From Cladosporium halotolerans (lineage: Eukaryota): a stretch of DNA of 64,000 bases. Shown here in pieces: positions 56,823 through 64,000 of this stretch. Position 1 is the first letter of the stretch, and every line of letters begins with the position of its first letter. The stretch is taken from the NCBI RefSeq assembly GCF_011745625.1, contig NW_027191457.1, positions 1 through 64,000 of the forward strand. The letters are read 5' to 3'. A model generated the notes under the pieces. It worked only from the letters and a program-made list of their open reading frames with translations, searched no databases and was not told the origin of the DNA. Both the position numbers and the translations under genes were made by a program.

Positions 56823-57182
56823 GATGGGGTCTTGGGGTTTGGAAGCGTGGGCAGTGGGTTGCTGGTGCTGGTGAGGAGTCGGCGATGTTTGGAGAAGCAG
56901 TGTAGCTATGATACGACATCGGTACGACGTTATGGGAATGATAGCAACCCTCAGAGATCCACTGGCTTGAGGTGGGCCCATGAAGTGAAGTTTAGCTTGA
57001 GCGCGCTCGATTCCAAATTGAAGCTTCTTTGCTTCTGTCGATTTCGAAAGCTCACATGCTTCTTGCATTCCGAGGAAACAAGGCAACGTGAACTGCTTGA
57101 CTTTTGTCTCTTATGGATTTGTGACATTGACAGGGATCACGTAGCCTAAGCCTTTTGCGTCTCACCGCCATGCGACCGCTCT

Positions 57183-59200
57183 TTAACGGCTGCACACATT
57201 GAGCCTCGCAACACTCGGGTCATGGTCACTAGCAACATCTTCCTCCGCAACCCAAGTGTTGACGTGCACGTGCTCGAAATCGCCCCTGCCAACCCTCCTC
57301 GTCGCCCACGAGCTAGCGTACATGTGGTCCAGCTGCTGCTGGCTCGCGCCGAAAGTGTAAGTATACCTCTCGTTCTCCGGCACCTTCCCGACGACATCCA
57401 AGTCCCTAAGCCCGGAGACCTCAACAAAGCGACGGAGGGGCTCAACGACGGCGAACTCGTTGAAGTCGCCCGCGGCGATGACGGCGGCGTTCTTGTCCTG
57501 CGCCAGGATCTCCGCGATGAAAGAGCCTGTCAGCTCGGCCTGCTGCGAGCGGCGGTCGACGCCGCCGTTGACGGGCGGGCGAGGGTCGCCCTGGAGAGAG
57601 GACGAGCCGCCCTTGCTGGTCCAGTGGTTGTTGACGGTGAAGAAGGTGCCGCTGCCGTCGACGAGCTCCCAGTGGGCCGCGAGCGGCTTGCGCGAGTTGC
57701 TGAAAGTCGTCCCGTCGTCGATGCGGCCGGGGTTGAAGCGCAGAGCCGGGCCGGCGACGACTTCGTTGACGTCCGTTGCGGTGCCGGGGTTGGGGTCGCG
57801 CAGGCGCACCTCGAGCGGGTTGTAGAGGTAGGCGGTCTGTATGTTGCCGCCGGGGACGCCGCCGTCTTGGTTGTTGACGGGGTCAACACTTACGGAGAGG
57901 TAGTCGATGCCGGAAATGTCGCTGACGGCTTGCGCCAGGGAGGCGAGGGTCAGGTTGGCGTTGGTCACGCCGTTGTTGGTTTCGCCGGAGTTGTCTTGGA
58001 CTTCCTGCAGGAACATGACGGAGGGCGTGTTCAGGTAGTCGACGATGTGCTCGGCGACCAGAGACACGCGGGAGTTGTTCGGGGCGAAGTTCTCGATGTT
58101 GTAGGAACCGAAGGTCAGTCCGTTGCAGCGGCCGTTGGATGAGATGCTCGAAGGCGGCGGGATAGCCTCCTGCGAGCTCTTCACCTTCGTGCCGGTCGTC
58201 GGGAGGATGGCGTAGAAGCCAAAGACATACTGGACGACGCCGGTGATATCCTCGAGCTGGTCGCCGAGCTTTGTCTCGTTGGTGTTCTCACTGCCATCCA
58301 AGGGCGCTCCAATGATTATGGTCTCTGGGTTGGAGTCCCGATTGGTGACAGTGAGTCCACCGCGAGAGTTCTGGCCTGAGACTTTCCAGTTGCCACGGAC
58401 CTAAGTTATGTTAGTTGAATAAGTCCAAAAGTGTTGGCACCGTGACACTCCAGCACTTACCCACTGGTCGCCAAAGTTGTTAGCCTGGCGTCCGAGAGCA
58501 GTGACACCCTTGACGGTGACAAGCTCGCCGGACAGAGACTCCCAGAAGTCCATACCATACTTCTTCGGGTCAAGGCGAGGGTTGACTTCAGAGACGCGTG
58601 ACTGCTCGTTAGGAACAGCAAAGACATCGCCATTGTCCAGGCCGCTGAACTGCTCCCTTGGAGGCTGGAGGTCCTTCTTGCCGATCAATCCGGAAGTCTT
58701 GCCCTCAAGCACAACGGCTGTGACGGTGTTGCCACTTGACTCGACACGGATGTTGCGAGGATTGATGATCTCGGTGAGATACAGGTAATCGTCGTTGGTG
58801 CGGTATTCGGTGACGTTGCCATTGATGGAGATCAGATCGCCGACGGTAACGTTTCCAAGTGCGTTGCGACCAAAGACATAGACGCTACATATGTCAGAAG
58901 CTGATCTGGTGCAACTCTGTGAGACTCAGGACCAACCTCTCCGAAGTGCGATCATCCTTGTCAGGTGTCGGGGAGCGGATCCAGAAGCCATTGGGCCCCT
59001 TCGCTGTGACGAGACCAGCAACGTCCTCGACGCCTAGTTTTGTATGTTAACTGATGTGTGCAAATTCTGTATTGCAGGTGCTTACCAGTGCCGTTCAATG
59101 GGGACAGGTATTTGTCTCCAGTGATCTGCGCGATGGTAGTGGCGGCAGCTGAGGCGCCGGCGAAGCTGAGAGCTGCAACGAGATTCTTAAGCACCGCCAT
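57183..59200 (-). CDS. Secreted endonuclease/exonuclease/phosphatase-family nuclease
   Basis: Signal peptide MAVLKNLVAALSFAGASA; motifs SYNIENF, FLQEVQD, NNHWTSK, AGDFNEF, QLDHMY and SDHDP; three introns. Confidence 0.9.
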
Positions 59201-60293
59201 CACGACAAGACCTCAATGCAAGTATAGCGCTGGCTGAATAGATGCTCATGGGGCATACAATGGTCTGGATATATAAATCATCAAAATTACCTGCTTCCAA
59301 ATGCCTGTCGGCGTACTGCGCGATAAGGCCATTCACAGTATCTCGACAAGCACGTGGGTCTTTGCAGCCCTCGGCCAACGCTTGATTGGGAAGTTGTCAA
59401 GAGAAGCCGTTCGACTTGGCGGACGGAAAGATGCAAGGCGCAAGCTAAATTGCTACCCAGTCAAGCTAGCGATCGGGGCTACAGCAAGGTACAAATTGGC
59501 ATACAGAGACGAGGCTGTACATTGCAAGTTCAATTGGATGACACAGGCGGGAAACTTGGAAGCGGACGGCAGGCGTGGGCATCAGCCGAGGCGTCTTAAG
59601 CCTAGAGACTCACCAATCGAGGCCGTGCTACCAGCATGCGGGAAAGACCGTCCAGTTTTTGGGGACACGGAGATGCGAAACCACGCTCGGCTAAGTGTTC
59701 TGATGTGCTTGTTGCGCTGCTGTTGGCTCGCGGTAAATGCGGTGGCCTGCGTACATGAAGACCATGCCACTAGCGCCATGATGCACGGAGGCTCGACCTC
59801 TGAGGACTACAGCGTGAGCACAACTTCTTGTGTCTCGCAAGAGATGACACGGGGAATGACATGTTTTGTCGTCTTACCAATCAGTGTTGGAGAAGCGTGA
59901 CTGTTGGAGGGTACGCAGGTCTGAAAGAAAAGAAGAGTCGCTAGTGACAAGTGGCGTCAACCCTAAAAGCTTTTCTTCAGCTCTCGATTTCGCTTAGAAT
60001 TGATATCTTGAACAATCAGATGAGGACAAGGGCCGCTCCCCCTTTGCAAGAGTTGCTCGCCCGATCAATAATCAATTGGCGAGACCGACAGGGGTTCAAC
60101 GAAGGTTGGCGGGCAGACCGCCCGCTAGTATCCGTAACGATCTCCCCGCGTCCTTATCGATTAGCCCAAGAATCTTAATCAAACCGGCCTCCAACGCCAG
60201 AAATGATTCATGAATTTGTCGGCCGCTCACAAAATATCTTACGAACTCATGACTGCACGATAACCACGACACTTCACAGAGCGACGACCCACC

Positions 60294-61658
60294 ATGCCGC
60301 CACGTGAGTGTGAGATCTGCCACACCAACCGAGCGCAGATCCTCCGACCGAAGAACCACGCCCGCATCTGCGCGCCCTGCTTCATTGCAATTTTCGAAGA
60401 CGAAGTCGCCGAGACTGTCACCTCTACGAACCTCTTCAATCCAGGCGAGAGAGTTGCGATCGGAGCCTCTGGCGGCAAGGACAGCACTGTGCTTGCATCT
60501 GTGCTCAAGACGCTGAATGACCGCCACAACTGGGGACTCGATCTCGTGTTGCTGAGCATAGACGAGGGAATCACGGGATACAGAGATCACTCGCTGGAGG
60601 CTGTGAAGAGACATAGTGAGCAGTATGACCTGCCGCTGAAGATCGTCAGCTATGCAGACCTCTATGGCTGGTCCATGGACCAGGTGGTGGCGCAAGTGGG
60701 AAAGAAGGGCAACTGCACATACTGCGGCGTTTTCCGACGGCAGGCGCTTGACCGCGGAGCGGCCATGCTCGGAGTCGGACACGTTGTCACGGGGCACAAC
60801 GCAGACGACGTGGCGGAGACGGTGCTCATGAACCTGCTGCGAGGCGACCTTCCGCGCCTGAGCAGAGCGACGAGCATCGTCACCAGCACGCCTTCTGCCG
60901 CGCTGCCGGAGAATGGAGAGGGTGAAATCAAGTTTACGAACGTTAAGCGTTCAAAGCCGCTCATCTACGCGTACGAGAAGGAAATTGTCATGTACGCGCA
61001 TCACAAGAAGCTGGACTATTTCAGTACGGAGTGCATATACTCCCCAGAGGCCTTCCGAGGATCCGCGAGGACGTTGATCAAAAACTTGGAGCGCATAAGG
61101 CCAGAGAGTATCTTGGATGTGGTGCGCTCTGGCATCGATATGGCCAAGCTCGTGCCGGGAGCGGAGGAACAAAATAGCCAGAGAGCATGTGGCGGAGAGA
61201 ACAAGGCTGCGGCGGCGAAGACCGACGAGGGCGACGGTCTTGGAGGTTGCGGTAGCTCGAAGGAGAGTGGTGGCGAGATGGCAGCTATGGAGCAGAAGTT
61301 GCTCCAGGACGAGGAAGCGCAAGCGAACGGGAATGAAGTTGAAATTAAGATGCCAAAGAAGACGGTGAACAGCCAGAACGGCGTCGCCAGGGACACCCAA
61401 GATGCGGCAGACGCCGAGATTGATGTGAAGAACGGCCAACAGCAGAGTCCTGCCCAGCAGACTGTGCCCATACGTACGAAGGAGGAGAAGAAAAGTCGCA
61501 AGCGAGGCAAAGATGCTCCGCCTCCGAAGCAGAAGCTCGGCCAGTGCGAACGCTGTGGTTACCTCTCTTCACAATCTGTGTGCAAGGCTTGCGTTCTGCT
61601 AGAAGGCCTGAACAAAGCTCGGCCTAGGACTGGGATTGAAGTTGGCGGCGGAGACTGA
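60294..61658 (+). CDS. NCS6: Cytoplasmic tRNA 2-thiolation protein 1
   Basis: N-terminal CxxC pairs, PP-loop [40 protein letters not shown] and C-terminal CERCGY...CKAC. Confidence 0.96.
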   Translation: MPPRECEICHTNRAQILRPKNHARICAPCFIAIFEDEVAETVTSTNLFNPGERVAIGASGGKDSTVLASVLKTLNDRHNWGLDLVLLSIDEGITGYRDHSLEAVKRHSEQYDLPLKIVSYADLYGWSMDQVVAQVGKKGNCTYCGVFRRQALDRGAAMLGVGHVVTGHNADDVAETVLMNLLRGDLPRLSRATSIVTSTPSAALPENGEGEIKFTNVKRSKPLIYAYEKEIVMYAHHKKLDYFSTECIYSPEAFRGSARTLIKNLERIRPESILDVVRSGIDMAKLVPGAEEQNSQRACGGENKAAAAKTDEGDGLGGCGSSKESGGEMAAMEQKLLQDEEAQANGNEVEIKMPKKTVNSQNGVARDTQDAADAEIDVKNGQQQSPAQQTVPIRTKEEKKSRKRGKDAPPPKQKLGQCERCGYLSSQSVCKACVLLEGLNKARPRTGIEVGGGD

Positions 61659-63006
61659 GTTTGGTCCATGGCACGGAGTTAAGCCAACACTACACATCAC
61701 AACGAGCAAGATAGCTCTTTGTTGCTGCGGGAGTCCGCCAGATGCTCCGCGGTCAACACTACCGTCTGAACACATGGTCGAAAATATCCGGCTACGTCGT
61801 GCTTTGCAGAACCCTATGAAACCTCACCTAAGAATTCCACGATACAACGGAGGGAAACATTCCTGACCCTCTCGTGGACAAGCACAATCGGATACAGAAG
61901 GCTCATACCGGACGAGTCGAGCTGCTAGCTCGGCCGAGCCAGTCGATCGTAGAAGTCACCCGGCATGTAGGATATAGGACTTCACGGAGATGAAAGGGAC
62001 AGACATATCGTCACATTCGATCGAACCAGACGCCTTCGCACCTACGAGCTCTTCTTGAAATAAGCCCCCTCACACGATCTACATAGCATCCACAGTAGGA
62101 AAGGAAGACAGATGTACACCTCACATCAGGCGGGGAGAAGATACAGCTACGATGTATTCGCACGACATACCTTAATCTCATGTCTTCTTAAGGCAATACA
62201 CATATCGAACGAAGCAGGCAGATACGCGAGTCCTCTGCTTCCAACTATAGTCGAACATGGTACTGCTGCCCATGTAAGTCTGAAGCATCTACAGTATGTA
62301 ACGTCTCGCCGGAGCACGCCCTCGACAACACTTCCAGATCGCCTTGAACGCATATCGAAGTAAGTGTAAGGCTGTACATGAGACTTTCGCACCTCGGGAA
62401 TAGCACACGCAAGCTTGCTTGCTTGGGCATTGCGTTGATACCGCGCTCCCAGCGGGTGAAGTCGGATCGGTTGGCGTTCATGCTTTCGCGGCTGTTCGCG
62501 GCTGGGTAGCGGAAGCGACATCGGGAGGATATCTTCACACCTCCATGTGAGCGGGCGCGAACGGAAGCTCCAGGCATTGCACGTGGGGGGAGGAGATCAT
62601 GGGAAGCTGTGTATTTCATGTCCTGGAGATCTGGGAACTGGGAGCATATAGATTCGAGGAACGTCACGTGACAGAAAGGCGCAAGATATTGCTGGTAGTA
62701 CAAATGAAACATGTTTCCCCAGCCATACGGCCAGGTATATATATGTATATACAGTACAGATGACGTTGCTTGCGCTCTGCCGCTGTTCCCGTAGAGTGGA
62801 ATCGAGAAGGTTGGGAACATCCGTTTGAATCATCGTAGGTGGTACAAATGGATTTGCGCTCCTGCTTTCTATCCATCTATCCGTCTCCAGACTACTGGTA
62901 CACGACCAACACCGGTACTACGCTGCTAGGCGCAGCATCGCACTGCTTTGTCTCCCCCATCGACTCGCATCCATCTCCATCTCGGTAGGTAATGGAATGC
63001 ACATTT

Positions 63007-63672
63007 TTACAGGAACTTGGCCATCATGGCAACCATGAGGTCGAAAAGCTGTGGTGGTTGGGTCAGCGGGAGTGTGCGGGGAAAATTTTGCGGAGACCTC
63101 CTGAGGCCATCTCCATCAAGGTTGGACGGAGATGGCGGGAAGTTCATCATCGGGTGATACGTACACCAATGGCCTCGACGAAGGCGAAACCAAGAATGGC
63201 GTAAGAGAAAAGCTGGCCACGGAGGGAGGGGTTGCGGGCGACGGCCTGGATGAGGGCGGCGAAGACGAGACCGATACCGACACCAGCACCGGCAAGACCG
63301 ATGGCGGCGGAGCCCATACCGATGTTCTGGGAGACCTGGACGAGGGCGTTGGCCATCTCAGAGGAGTAGGCACGCTTGGCGATGGGGGAGGCCTGGCGGG
63401 CCATCATCTGGGTGCGCTTCATGGTGTTGAAGACGGTGTTCTTGGGGACCGCTGAAGCATCGTTGTCAATGGCTGTTCTCATCTCTTTTCCGAAGGCATT
63501 GAGGCTGATGGAGCTCAGATGCGAGCTTTTCATAGCTTCAGGAGAGCTTACCAGAGTAGGCGCGGGTGAACTTCTGGAGCTGAGCAGCCTGGAAGGCCGG
63601 GCGGGCGACCTTCACGGAGGACTGGGCGGCCATGGAGGCCATCTTGGGGGCGGCGACGCGGAAGGAAGACAT
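63007..63672 (-). CDS. ATP9: Nuclear-encoded mitochondrial ATP synthase subunit 9 (c) precursor
   Basis: Presequence [10 protein letters not shown]...; mature [14 protein letters not shown]...[25 protein letters not shown]; last exon [13 protein letters not shown]; two introns. Confidence 0.95.
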
Positions 63673-64000
63673 TGTGATGGTGGGTGAGGTGGTGAGATGG
63701 AGAGTTGAGATGGGTGGTGATGGAATTGGGATGGAAAGTGTGGTCGGATGGATGAAGGTGGTGTGGAGTAGGAGCTCTGTCACGGGCAAAGTTGAGGGAC
63801 AGGACAGCTTGGGCGAATTTTCTTGGACAGGACCGCTTAAAGGTCGGATCGAGGGAAGGGAGGTCGGAGCGCGGCGCCTGGTCTGGTCGCCGCCAATGAC
63901 TGGCGAGAGGGCCTGCCCGGCCCCCTATCCGCGGACGGTGGCCTTGTCTGACCCACCCATTAGCGGGACCGGGCAAGGTATGTTCGCCATTGGGGGTATA

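Noticed and set aside
57222..58142. 306-aa plus-strand ORF
   Set aside because: Antisense shadow of the GC3-rich nuclease gene.
61700..62950. Several 70-190 aa ORFs between NCS6 and ATP9
   Set aside because: No motifs or codon bias; probably UTR or intergenic sequence.
1..64000. CRISPR arrays, intact transposons, rRNA or tRNA genes
   Set aside because: No repeat-spacer arrays, transposase or RT motifs, terminal repeats or structural RNA genes of these types were seen.

Overview
This is a gene-dense window from an intron-containing filamentous ascomycete genome (Pezizomycotina; Dothideomycete-like is inference only). Evidence: GT-AG introns with CTRAC/CTAAT branch points, a Zn2Cys6 factor and a nuclear atp9. 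About 26 protein-coding genes were identified by reading motifs, without database searches. Most are housekeeping: TFIP11/Spp382, cis-prenyltransferase, MetAP2, RPL8, mL41, UTP14, a Pcl-type cyclin, NCS6 and ATP9. The best candidate for an undescribed system is a compact nitrogen-catabolic cluster at 8.4-21.3 kb: a Zn2Cys6 regulator, an amino acid permease divergent from a bacterial-looking, metal-ligand-deficient M24 (EutD/creatinase-like) hydrolase across a GATA-rich promoter, an intronless M20 deacetylase, and a nearby peroxisomal copper amine oxidase. This resembles ectoine or cyclic-amidine degradation logic. Also notable: a SUMO paralogue fused through an internal GG to a second SUMO-like domain, an intronic C/D snoRNA complementary to 18S rRNA, a possible alternative acceptor that removes the YTH domain of a YTH gene, a frameshifted gene inside the cluster, and a 762-nt AUG-free leader before the cyclin.
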